From NCBI GenBank assembly GCA_951406725.2, contig OX597815.1:198958001-199022000 (forward strand): DNA of 64,000 bases, written 5' to 3'. This document shows positions 12,191 to 25,077 of this stretch, piece by piece; position 1 is the stretch's first letter, and each line of letters opens with the position of its first letter. The notes under the pieces are model-generated. The model was not told the DNA's origin and ran no database searches. It saw nothing but the letters and a program-made list of their open reading frames with translations. This stretch comes from Octopus vulgaris (Eukaryota). The position numbers were made by a program, and so were the translations under genes.

Positions 12191-12733
12191 ATACGTATAT
12201 ATGGGGGAGTGTAAAATCAACATGAGTTTACATGAGTATATCTAATAATAATGTCACAATGTGTTAAGTTATATGTTCCTTAATGTTTGAGTAATGTTTC
12301 TGCAGGTGAAACTACGTTGAAACAATTACAATATTACGCAATAAAATAAGTTGTCCAATTCAGTGTTTATTTTACACACATACACGCATTCACGCCCCCA
12401 TGATCTCTCACGTTCTCGCATACACAAACACAGAAACAGAAAAGACAAATATGCATACGGCATGGGTTTCGACGACAGACGACACACAAATCAGTGCTTG
12501 CAAATAAACTACTTCTGCAATATCTTGCTCAGTAACGATTACGTCCCTTTACGGCCATGTTGTACTCTCCTTGCCGAGGCCAATACAGTACAATAAATAC
12601 CAAGAGAAGCTTCGTGGCTGAATTAATCGTCTAGTGACCATATATTGCAGCTGATCTCTCTCACACTCGCAACGCAAGCACACAAAGGTGATGGGTGTTG
12701 ATGCAGGAAAATTCCAGCCTTATGTATATACAT

Positions 12734-12775
<42 letters not shown>

Positions 12776-12937
12776 GCACACATGCATACATACATGTATA
12801 TATATGTGTATACATACATACAGACACACATATATATATATATATATCAACATATATACATATATATGTACATTCACACATAAGTATATATGTATACATA
12901 TGCGAATATATGTGTGTATACATATACATATGCAACG

Positions 12938-12982
<45 letters not shown>

Positions 12983-14206
12983 AACATGTGTATGTATGTG
13001 TGTATATATATATATACATATATGGATGTACACTCACATATATATATATATATATATACGTACACATCCATACATACATGTCGATATATGTGTATACATA
13101 CACACACATATATACATATATATGTACATTCACACATAAGTATATATACATATGTGAATATATACATGTGTATACATATACATATACAACACATATATAT
13201 ATATATATACATAAACATGTGTGTTTATGTGTGTATGTGTGCATATATATATATATATATACATCTATGGATGTACACATACATATGCATACACTCATGC
13301 AGACACAAAGACGCATGCGCATGCGCACACATACACTACTCTCACATATTCTCCAACCCAAATTAACGATTTTGACACTTCTGCTCTATTGTTGTCTGAC
13401 TTTCTACTAAACAGAATTGTTATTCATCACGAGAGTATTGGATTTCTTGAAGTGCTTCTCATAAGATAATGTGTTTTCATTCCTTAAGACTGTTGTGAAT
13501 TCTTTTGCTATGCTTTTATTATATTCGTCTTATGATTCTCTACATTCTCTCTATATAATAATGACAATACAAATCTCTTATATGTGATGTAAGACACGAA
13601 ACGCTATAGGAGCGTATGTTGTTTAAGGAAATTTTACATAAAATAATTTTTTTTCCAGCATTTTATCATACAGTATTCATATCTCCCAAAGAAAATAGTA
13701 AATTTAAGCTTTTATCCTTGCCAACCATTCTAATAACCTCTGCTGTCAAACATTATAGGGCCGATGTTTTATTTTAATTTTGCCCGTATTGTGTCAAAAT
13801 GTCTCGAATATAATTTTTATTCTTAAAGGAATTCACTTCAAAGTTTGCTTTTGGTTTCCCCTCCAAATATACCTCACGATTATCATCTGAATGAGAATTT
13901 CGATGTATTATATTGGTAAAGTAGTAAGTGTAGAAGAAAATGGAATTCATAGCTAGTTGTGTACACAGCATTTTATCTAAATCAGTCAAAACAACCCTTT
14001 GACTTGCAAATAGTGTGATTTCATTTTCGTTCGACATAAATTTCAAAAATTTGATACTAAGGTTCTAATTATTAAAAAAGAAAACAACATTTTCTACGGT
14101 TTCTTAGCTTCTTTTTTTTTGTATGTTGGCTAGTCACAACGGAGAGGGACTGTGTATTTTTGAACTTTGCAGTAATGTTAATCGAATATACTTCATCGCT
14201 CATATA

Positions 14207-14292
14207 CGAGGGGTGTGTGAGGAGTCTTGAGCCTTGAAGTCTTGTACCATGTTTTGTTTTCTTGAGGCTGAAAACTTTTCATACACCTCTCG
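14207..14292. mobile_element. 86-bp mariner-derived MITE
   Basis: TA-CGAGGGGTGTGTGAGGAGTCTTGAGCCT...AGGCTGAAAACTTTTCATACACCTCTCG-TA: 28-bp imperfect TIRs (22/28) with TA TSD. Confidence 0.7.
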
Positions 14293-14522
14293 TACATAAC
14301 ATACGTGGGTATTTAAATTTCTGTATATACTGAGGAGGATTGATCAAATCCGAAATCATCGTTCGGTGGTCTGGCTTTGCCTGGCTTGCTGTAAGGAGCT
14401 CATCTCCCTCGTCGGTCATTAGATAAGTGTACTCCCCCGTGGTTAAGAGTTGTTCTGACTCTTATTTCTAGCAATCCTGGTACTGGCTAGCATTCTCAGT
14501 CACTTTACTGACATTTATATAT

Positions 14523-14554
<32 letters not shown>

Positions 14555-14635
14555 GTAAATATTTATGCATGTATGTATGTATGTATGTATGTATGTATGT
14601 ATGTATGTATGTATGTATGTATGTATGTATATACT

Positions 14636-14825
14636 TAATTCAAAAGCGGAGAAAACGACATTAAGAGAAAAACTACAACGTGAGGACGTAGCACATGTAA
14701 AGTATTAATAAGATGCTCAGAGAAGGGAAAGAGTGGTTGTTTTACGTTTCGAGCATAGCTCTTCTTCGGAAACAGGAAACATATATATGAAAGTATAAAG
14801 GAAAAAGTCGCCAACACTCCACGTA
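14636..14825 (-). mobile_element. Non-autonomous Penelope pLTR-like element with hammerhead motif (second subfamily)
   Basis: Homologous to 50420-50628 (GTTGGCGA...motif...CTGAGC...TAATAC...ACGTCCTC). Confidence 0.65.
14738..14774 (-). ncRNA. Minimal type-I hammerhead motif, core CCGAAGA
   Basis: UGUUU-CCGAAGA-A-GAGC UAU GCUC-GAA-ACGU-A-AAACA; stems I and II fully paired, palindromic stem III. Confidence 0.65.
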
Positions 14826-15265
14826 TATTTACATTATACAAACATTCATATATGCATGCAGATATACACACACATACATCATGCTTTCGCCTAGACATAG
14901 CAATACTAGTAAGCGGCTGTTACAACTCAACCTTTTTATGCTTTACAATAAAGTTTTAGGTGAGTACAGAGCGTAATAAAACTTATTGAATGAGAGAAGT
15001 AAAGAAGAATAACGCAAATAACTTCCCTGTTCTACAGGTATTACTACTATAAGAAGTAGTGCACGCGAAGCTGAGTATTTATGCAACCTTTCATAGCATA
15101 CTGGGATACGAACACACGTATGTACAAACGTATTAACGTGTGTGTGTGTGTATGTGTGTATTTGCGTGTGTGTATGTGTATATACTTGAAAATGGATACG
15201 TGGCGTCCAATCAAATAATATAAATAATATATATATATGCATATATATATGTGTATATATATATC

Positions 15266-15340
<75 letters not shown>

Positions 15341-15616
15341 TTAGTGAATGAATTATCCTATGTTTACCATCAACATGGAAAATTCGATGAACCGATACCA
15401 GGGTAGCAAATTCACGTCAGAAACACGGTTGAGCGACCTGTCCAAGGGTAGAAACTCCGGGTTCATGTGCAGAAATTTGTGTGTTATATATGAATAAATA
15501 AATAAATGGAGTTGAACGAAGATTTTAACAACATTCCTTTACTTCCGACATATGTTTCGAAGACAACATGGTATTATTCCAAAGGAATAAACGGTACAAG
15601 ATGTAATCTTCTCATA

Positions 15617-15913
15617 TGCATATATGGGTACAGGACGTCACCAACTGCAAGCAACATGAAATACGAAAACAAATGAGTTAAATACGCAAACAACGAGAGA
15701 AAAAAGATGGAAAACAGAGCAAGTAACACAAAGAACAACCCTTCATTATTTGTCGGCTATCTATCTACTCCTCATTGCAAGACAACTGATGAAGGGTCGT
15801 TCTTTGTGTTACTTGTCCTGTTTTCCATTTTTTCTCTCGATTGCATATTTAACTCATTTGTTTTCGTATTTCATGTTGTTTGCTGTTGGTGACGTCCTGT
15901 ACCCATATATGCA
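15617..15913. repeat. Fold-back element: ~135-bp inverted arms with 26-bp spacer
   Basis: Arms 15617-15754 and 15781-15913 are reverse complements with scattered mismatches (TGCATATATGGGTACAGGACGTCACCAAC / GTTGGTGACGTCCTGTACCCATATATGCA). Confidence 0.9.
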
Positions 15914-16493
15914 AATATACATGAAGATCGATTGCTTGTAACATAAAAAAAATAATAAAATCTGCTATCACAGCTGGTGATATTAAAATAAGCGGCTTGC
16001 TAAACCTGGAATCCAACTTAACAGGGGCCATTAAAATGGGAACATCCTGACTGAGGCCTGCGGCATAAGAGAATTTCACATATTCAATTGGTTTAAAGCT
16101 GATATGATTCTAGCATCATGGCGAAGTAGCTACTAAAGGTTGTCGATTATTCATTACGGCTGAGAAATAGATACAAATTCGTATGTTATGAAAATTGGGA
16201 CCTCATTCCGTTTATAGACTACAGCGGTAAAACATTCTTGAAGCCCGTAATATCATCCACTATTACAATTACCTTAATTAGTTAATTGCAAACGCGGTTA
16301 CTGCCGATGAGTGCTCTCGTACTGCCATGACCCATTGAAAGCCAATGATCGCCAACCATGCCTGTCACCCCACGCTTTATATGCAGATCAACTATGTTGA
16401 ACTGTCTACCTCACTCTCTCTCCCCCTATCCTTGCTCTCTAATTTCTCCATTTGATATATATTGGTTACAAAATTTGGCACATTCCGGGAGAT

Positions 16494-17425
16494 GGGGTAA
16501 GTCAATTTCATCAATTCCGACGTTCAGCTGGCGTTTAATTAAATCGAGGCAAGATTACCTTAGTGAAATTTAAATAGAGAATGTAAAGACGTACGAAATA
16601 CATATTTCTTTACTATTCACAAAGGGTTAAACACAGAAGGGACAAACAAGGACAAACAAACGGATTGAGTCGATTATATCGACCCCCAGTGCGTAACTGG
16701 TACTTATTTAATCGACCCCGAAAGGATGAAAGGCAAAGTTGACCTCGGCGGAATTTGAACTCAGAACGTAACGGCAGACGAAATCCCTATTTCTTTACTA
16801 CCCACAAGGGGCTAAACACAGAAAGGACAAACAAGGACAAACAAACGGATTGAGTCGATTATATCGACCCCCAGTGCGTAACTGGTCCTTAATTTATCGA
16901 CCCCGAAAGGATGAAAGGCAAAGTCGACCTCTGCGGAATTTGAACTCAGAACGTAACGGCAGACGAAATCCCTATTTCTTTACTACCCACAAGGGGCTAA
17001 ACACAGAAAGGACAAACAAGGACAAACAAACGGATTGAGTCGATTATATCGACCCCCAGTGCGTAACTGGTACTTATTTAATCGACCCCGAGAGGATGAA
17101 AGGCAAAGTCGACCTCGGCGGAATTTGAACTCAGAAGGTAGCGGCAGACGAATCACCGCTAAGCATTTCGCCCGGCTTGCTAACGATTCTGCCAGCTCGC
17201 CGCCTTACATAATTTGAAATTTTTGCCACAAGGGCAGCTTGAGGAAAGGGGATTAAGTCGATTACATCGACCCCCAGTGCGTAACTGGTACTTATTCAAT
17301 TGACCCCGAAAGGATGAAAGGCAAAGTCGACCTCGGCGGAATTCGAACTCAGAACGTAGCGACGGGCAAAAAATACCGCTAATCATTTTGCCCGGTGAGC
17401 TAACGATTCTGCCAGCTCGCCGCCT
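16494..17425 (-). mobile_element. SINE family B tandem array (185-bp period)
   Basis: TATTTCTTTACTA restarts at 16603, 16788 and 16973; heads at about 17205 and 17425. Confidence 0.92.
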
Positions 17426-17485
17426 TTTTGATAAGTAACAAGTATTAAGTGCGTACCTATTCGTGCGTGTATTTGTTAGCTCTTA

Positions 17486-17569
<84 letters not shown>

Positions 17570-17633
17570 CCTGCAGTCATGAAATGTTCCCCAGCTCATT
17601 TGCGTCAATAACATTTCATTGTACACACACACA

Positions 17634-17702
<69 letters not shown>

Positions 17703-18287
17703 ACACATACACATACACACACATACACATACACACACAGACACATACACACACTCACGCACACACATACACTCACGCACATACACACACATACAAACAC
17801 ATACACACATACATACACACACACATACACACATACACATACACACACACACACATACACACATACACACACACATACACACACATACACACATACACAC
17901 ACATACACACATACACATACACACACACACACACATACACACACACACACACACACATACAAGCCACGCAAGGACATACACTTGTCTCCCTTCCATCTGA
18001 TACACCACTGTGCCTCATTTGCTAGTTCTACACTGTAAATGGTACTGTACACATTATTAGTCTCACACTTCTCATCACACACCTTACCTACTGAATTCCG
18101 AAGCACTTTTCCTATTCATATTTATCAAGTAAAGGTTAAAATGTTGCAGCACTAAAAATGCATTCCCATTCAAACATTCACTCCATTAGCCTTACACATT
18201 CGTAACTACATTCCGGTCAATGACAGTTTTAAATGGTTACGGGCACATTCTAGCCTCTAGCAGCAAATATTTAAATGTACTGATATA

Positions 18288-19088
18288 CACAGTGTGATGA
18301 GTAAATTGTCGCCATTTTATAGTTTTAATTTCGCGCATGCGCATTTTTTGTTTTTGTTTTTATTCACTACACAGTATAGTAGAGTCAGTTGGGCACCGTC
18401 TGTGCGAAAAACAACACCATGATGCAATTCGCTCTGTTAGAAATTTGGAAACATGCTGTACTGCTTGGCATTCGCGCCGGGAAGCTCCAATACGAATATT
18501 TCAGAGTGTTTGGGTGTCAATCTGAGTGTCTGCCGTGTCTCCAAAACATGTACCGAGGGTGATAAAAATCAAATATCCAGTCAACATCGTGGTGTTTGGA
18601 GTGATTACTAGTGATGGCCACGTTATGCCTCCATTCATCTTCCCACACGACCTCACATTCAACACGGATGCCTATATCAAGTCCCTGGCGGAGGTCGTGC
18701 TGCCCTGGGTCAATAGGGTGGCTGCTGGAAGACCTTATATCTGGCAACAGGACTCTGAACCATGCCACACAAGTAGAATCCAGTCATAGCTGTCAGACAA
18801 TTTCTGCGACTACATCACTCCTAACATCTGGCAACCTAACTCCCCAGACTGCAATCTTGAGCGAGAGACCAACAAACTCCTTGTAACACCAAAGATGAAC
18901 TGAAGGTAAAGATTATGGTAGCATTCATCAACTTAAAACAGGAGACCATCGAGGAGAGCTTCAGGAGATTTCGAAGTCGTTTGGAGGCCTTGGTTGAAAC
19001 CAATGGCGATTTTATTGAAGGAATTTAATATTTAGCGTTTCGAGATATTTTTATGTAATATATCTGCTAAAATGAGAAGTCAGTGTTA
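18288..19088 (+). mobile_element. Decayed Tc1/mariner transposon (maT/DD37D-like), transposase pseudogene
   Basis: VVFGVITSDGHVMPPFIFP...WQQDSEPCHT...IWQPNSPDCN and C-terminal FRSRLEALVETNGDFIE. TIR-like CACAGTGTGATGAGTAAATTGTCGCC after TA; right TIR not seen. Confidence 0.8.
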
Positions 19089-19120
19089 GATACGCAGATT
19101 GATCGATTGATAGATAGATA

Positions 19121-19618
19121 TGTTTCTTTATTAGCCACACAGGGCTGCACACAGACGGGACAGATTACAAAGTAGAGCTTTTCTTTTTTTTGGAGAAAAA
19201 AAGAAGTGGAGTAGGTTTTCGATCAAAAGGGATCGTAAGAGGGAAAGAAGAAAAAAAAGAAAAAAGGAAAAGAAACAAAAGAAAAGGAAAAAGAAAAAAA
19301 GGGAGAAAAAAAAGAAAGGAAAAAAAGGGAAGAGAAAAAAAACGATCAATAGGGATCGTGTATCACAGTGTCATGATGTACGGTGTAAAGGGGGAAGCAG
19401 ATGAGGTTTATCCATGGGAAGAAAAGACCACGGTAACCTTGGTCAATATTGTTACATGTTACCACATTTGTTTGCAAGTGGGTAACCCCCTGTTTTCAAT
19501 TTCTGGGTTCATAGGATTATGCTCAAGGTGGCTTCGTCATTCATACGTGCCATCCTTGCTACATTCACCCATCTTTTTTTAAAACATTCGCTAGACAAAA
19601 CTTGCTTCTCTACTCTCA
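19121..19618 (-). mobile_element. 3' end of an L1/Tx1-like LINE (ORF end plus 3' UTR), copy 1
   Basis: Encodes RVEKQVLSSECFKKRWVNVARMARMNDEATLSIIL*; ends CTAATAAAGAAACA into TATC repeats; homologous to 24652 and 25078. Clade assignment is tentative. Confidence 0.65.
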
Positions 19619-20191
19619 TAGATGATTAGATATTATTAGCAACAAAATTAATAATAGTTCAAAATAGCATCCTGTGTTTCATAATGCATATACGTGGTTG
19701 GCAGCGTGATAAATAAACTGCCGCAGTCCTGTAGAGATAATATATTTTATAGACTTACGGTGTTTAAACAAATCCTTGCTGCTGTACGAATTCCGTCTGC
19801 TACTGACGTATTTCTGTATTTTTAATGCTATACGTCTATATGAAATGCTATCCCGAAACGAATGCCGAAATGTGTCACGCATTCAACGATGAAAATACAA
19901 TACTCAGATTCACACACACATTAACATATACACACACTCACACATTAACATATATTAACATACACACACAAACATTAACACAGACACAGACGCAAACACA
20001 CATACATACACACGTGCAATAATATCCCATTATAGAAAAATGTCGGTATATGTCCCTAACAGATTCAAACATAGCCAAAGGGAAAACGACCTTACTATCT
20101 GAGAGGTTTCAACCACGCAACTTGAGTTACTCAGCAAATTATATTCGTGTCCAGTAAAGGTGATATGTGTCAACATTACTATACAATAAGG

Positions 20192-20570
20192 GGAGGCGCA
20201 ATGGCCCAGTGGTTAGGGCAGTGGACTCACGGTCGGAGGATCGCGGTTTCGATTCCCAAACCGGGCATTGTGAGTGTTTATTGAGCGAAAACACCTAAAG
20301 CTCCACGAGGCTCCGGCAGGGGGTGGTGGTGAACCCTGCTGTACTCTTTCACCACAACTTTCTCTCACTCTTACTTCCTGTTTCTGTTGTACCTGTATTT
20401 CAAAGGGCCAGCCTTGTCACACTCTGTGTCACGCTGAATCTCCTCGAGAACTACGTTAAGGTTACACGTGTCTGTGGAGTGCTCAGCCACTTGCACGTTA
20501 ATATCACGAGCAAGCTGTTCCGTTGATCGTATCAGCTGGGACCCTCATCGTCGCAACCGACGGAGTGCTC
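20192..20570 (+). mobile_element. SINE family C (tRNA-Arg-like head), type-1 tail, with 10-bp TSD
   Basis: A-box TGGCCCAGTGG, B-box GGTTTCGATTCC; TACAATAAGG at 20182-20191 and 20573-20582. Confidence 0.88.
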
Positions 20571-20725
20571 CTTACAATAAGGACTCAAAGATTTTCAGTG
20601 CCATTGAAATTATTGAAATCATAATCAGACTTTTACGTATGTGTAACATATGTAATTATTTTCTGCATTCATGATATTGAGTGCTCATCTACTTTACACA
20701 TGAAATTAGCCCTAACGCTATATAT

Positions 20726-20834
<109 letters not shown>

Positions 20835-20840
20835 TATATA

Positions 20841-21003
20841 GGCGCAGGAGTGGATGTGTGGTAAATAGCTTGTTTACTAACCACCTGGTTCCGGTTTCAG
20901 TCCTACTGAGTGGCACCTTGGGCACATGTCTTTTACTATAGTCTCGGGCCGGCCAAAGCCCTGTGAGTGGATTTGGTAGACGGTAAAGTGAAAGAAGCCC
21001 ATC

Positions 21004-21062
<59 letters not shown>

Positions 21063-21294
21063 GATGTATGTATGTGTGTGTATATGTTGTGTATCTGTGC
21101 TTGTCCCCCGAACATCGCTTGACAACCGATGCTGGTATGTTTAGGTCCCGTAACATAGCGGTTCGGCAAAAGAGACCGATAGAATAAGTATTAGGCTTAC
21201 AAAGAATCAGTCCCGGGGTCGATTTGCTCGACTAAAAGGTAGTGCTCCAGCATGGCCGCAGTCATATGACTGAAACAAATAGAAGAATAAAAGA

Positions 21295-21295
<1 letters not shown>
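20841..21295 (+). mobile_element. SINE family A, full length
   Basis: Head, CORE-like segment, expanded internal (TA)n, tail. Confidence 0.9.
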
Positions 21296-21380
<85 letters not shown>

Positions 21381-22259
21381 AAGCGCATGTGTACATGTGT
21401 GTGTGTTAAAATACACACACATATTCACATAAACTTTTCTAGGACCTCTTGCATATGAACGTATGTATCTATCTCCGTATCTCTAAATGTATCTCCCCCA
21501 ATACATATGTATATACATACATATATTTGTGCGTGTATGTATGTATGTATGTATGTATGTGTGTATGTGTGTATGTATGCATGTATGTGTGTATGTATGT
21601 ATGTATTTATGTATGTATGTATGTATGTATGTATGTATGTATGTATGTATGTATGTATCCAGACGGATATATATATACACATGATATGCATATGTTTTTG
21701 CACCTAACCAATATTCTGCGGATGGCTTTGAACGACGTTGGAGAAATTGCAGTCGAATCAACCATCCATCAAATTAAGACAACTGTAATTAAGACGAACA
21801 GCAGCGAGTAACAACAATATCAGAGGCAACAACAGCAACAACAACAATACGAGAGAAATGAATGCCTGTTGAAAAGACAATATCAAACAAACCACCCGGA
21901 TGTGCTTTATTATGCTCACACCATTTACATTTTAAACCGTCTAAAGAACTAATGATATAGAACCGAAAATGGGGAAAATAAATAAATGTAACAATGTATG
22001 AAAAATGGAGACTGATATGTCTAATTCTGCAAAATATGTACATACATAATTATAGATTTTCACCAATGTGAGCAGGAACATATGTTAGAACTGTTCCTAG
22101 CCATGTGTTAAAACTATTCCACAGCATTGCGAAGAACCATATATGGGAGTATTGATTGCTTTTCATCTTTTTTTTTAATGTTCTTTGTTTTTTTTTTCTT
22201 TATTTCTTTCTTTCTGTGCAAAGAATATACACACACACACATACACACACAAAACACAC

Positions 22260-22292
<33 letters not shown>

Positions 22293-22400
22293 TGTATGTA
22301 TGTATGTATGTATGTATGTATGTATGTATGCATGTGTGTGTGTTTATGTATGTATGTATAAATGTATGTATGTATGTATGTATGTATGTATGCATGTGTG

Positions 22401-22431
<31 letters not shown>

Positions 22432-22460
22432 GTATGTATGTATGTATGTATGTATGTATG

Positions 22461-22494
<34 letters not shown>

Positions 22495-23749
22495 TGTATA
22501 TATGTATGTATGTATAGGAAGAACCATTTAGACGTACCACTGTATTTTAATGCTAAACATATTTTATCGACCTGACTGGGAATATAAACCAAGTGCTTGG
22601 CCAGATTTTCCCCTTTTTATGGGACACCGTGTCTTTTGAGAAGATAAAAAGTTTCCTCACCATCGGGACTTGATAGAAATGCTTACAACAAAGACCTTAT
22701 TTACACTTTCAGATGAACGTAACATTTGAATTGACTTCATTGTCAATCCTTATGTCGCCGTTAAGGATTATTCGTCTTAAAATTCAAGAGTGATTTCCTG
22801 TTGCATTCTTTCAGATATTCTTTTCATATATCAAAAATACGCCATCTTTTCTATTTTATACCGCAAAGTAGATATTTTTGTCAGTACATTCAGAAAATAT
22901 TTTAAAAGAAAGTAGAGAGACAGAGAAAATACTTAAAAGTATGCGTTAATGATTCTATCGTTAATGATTCTATCAATAATAGGAAACCGGTTGGCAAAAC
23001 TTCCTTCGGTTGAATTTGGACTCATTATATTATAGAACCAAAAAGCACAGATACCCCGCAAGGTATTATATTCGACGTGCTAACAATCCAGCCAATTTGT
23101 CAAATTGTATCAGGCTAAGACCTACTAAACATATTCAAAGGTCAGTTTTTTCGTGTTGGACAGATCAGCGGATTATGTCTGACATTCAAGTCACAGATGT
23201 CTAACAAGTTTCATTCACAAGGATTTGGTCGATAAATTATAGAAGTGCTATAACTAAATTCTTGGATATACGTAAATTTGAGGTTGAATATCTCTCAAAA
23301 ATTCGAAAATTTACTGATATGCGATGGAAAGATATGAACATTTAATAATATGCATCATCTCGAGAAACATAAGAACACAATTCTTTTGAATTACCAGCCA
23401 TTCATCAGCCGTTTGGGGTTAAATTTTTTAGCTCTAAACTAGACATTGTGCTTTCCGTCCCACTTTGTATTTTTATCATCTTTTGTAATATCTACCCCTT
23501 GATAACCAATCGGTTCAATCAACTGAATTCTGCTGTTACACTCCGTTCACCTCTTCGAAACTATAATGTCTTATTAGCTATACTTATATACATTTTCTGC
23601 TGCTTTCCGTGTACACTCTGCTAGTAAAACATTCCTACCTCCTTGAATCCCGTCATTCTTAGATCTTCATTCTATGTTACACCTTTACTGAAATCATATT
23701 TTTTCCTCTTTCTTGTACTTCACAGCGCAAGCCTTTACGTACGCACATA

Positions 23750-23919
23750 GGCGCAGGAGTGGCTGTGTGGTAAGTAGCTTGCTAACCAACCACATGGTTC
23801 CGGGTTCAGTCCCACTGCGTGGCATCTTGGGCAAGTGTCTTCTGCTATAGCCCCGGGACGACCAATGCCTTGTGAGTGGATTTGGTAGACGGAAACTGAA
23901 AGAAGCCTGTCGTATATAT

Positions 23920-23955
<36 letters not shown>

Positions 23956-24165
23956 TTGTGTGTCTGTGTTTGTCCCCCTAGCATTGCTTGACAACCGATG
24001 CTGGTGTGTTTACGTCCCCGTCACTTAGCGGTTCGGCGAAAGAGACCGATAGAATAAGTACTGGGCTTACAAAAGAATAAGTCCCGGGGTCGATTTGCTC
24101 GACTAAAGGTGGTGCTCCAGCATGGCCGCAGTCAAATGACTGAAACAATTAAAAGAGTAAAAGAA
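23750..24165 (+). mobile_element. SINE family A, full length, low divergence
   Basis: Highly similar to the 7756, 35992 and 41659 copies. Confidence 0.92.
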
Positions 24166-24582
24166 TAGGCAAACACATTCACACAATAAAGTACTACGTA
24201 TACATAAATACTTACAATCTACGTGATATTAAACAGTTACCTTATGCCTATTTTAATACCAAAATAGATCCTCTAGCCATCTGATCCATCCATAATTGAG
24301 TAGAAGCATCATTTGTGTGATATACACTATTTTAATGATGACCACGCGATTTATCAATTCTGTTTCCTAACGGCAATTATATTTTCCAACTTCATTTCTC
24401 TTTTGTTGTATCCGAAAGTTCCATCCTCAACAAGATTCTTTTCACATATGCGTGATGGTATTAATGCCATCACTGACTGCCAAACTAATATTAATGCCAT
24501 CACTGACTGACTAATATTTTCTGTTTCTATATACATAAACATACACCGTTATCTCTCAATCTACCTATCTGTCTATCTATCC

Positions 24583-24631
<49 letters not shown>

Positions 24632-24651
24632 AAAAAAAAAATTTTTTTTAA

Positions 24652-24969
24652 ATATATAACATGTGACTCCATTGACCGAGGTTACCGTGGTCTTTTCCGT
24701 AGGCTTTTCTTTCCACGGGTAAACCTCACCTGTCCTCCCCTTTACACTTCATATTGACATTTCTGTGATAACGATCCCTATTGATCAATTTTTTTTCCTC
24801 TCTCCCTTTTTTTTTAACCCCCCTTTTTTTTGTCCTCTTTCTCTCCTTTTACGATCCCTTTTGATGGAAACTCCCCCTTCCTTTTTTTTTTTTTGAAACC
24901 TTCAAAAGAAAAGCTTTACCTTGTAATTTGTTCTATCTGTGTGCAGCCCTGTGTGGCTAATAAAGAAAC

Positions 24970-24970
<1 letters not shown>
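24652..24970 (+). mobile_element. L1/Tx1-like LINE 3' UTR, copy 2 (5'-truncated, diverged)
   Basis: GACCGAGGTTACCGTGGTC...CCCTGTGTGGCTAATAAAGAAACA, lying between (TATC)n tracts. Confidence 0.65.
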
Positions 24971-25022
<52 letters not shown>

Positions 25023-25077
25023 CATCCATTCATCCATACATATATACATATATCCATCTATACATCCATCTATCTAT

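Noticed and set aside
9507-13470. Many long ORFs of the YI/CV/HT type, here and throughout the window
   Set aside because: Translations of dinucleotide microsatellites that lack stops by composition.
15020-15045. TTCTACAGGTAT resembling part of miR-993
   Set aside because: Only a short match; no precursor hairpin or complementary arm.
16603-17205. CRISPR-like or tRNA-gene array
   Set aside because: Units are near-identical SINE bodies with no unique spacers; eukaryotic context.
20192-20265. tRNA gene (also the heads of SINE A and B)
   Set aside because: A/B boxes are present but there is no proper cloverleaf, and each continues into a SINE body and tail.
22131-22527. 10-bp direct repeat GAAGAACCAT around a (TATG)n block
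   Set aside because: No element-like content between the repeats; compatible with chance.
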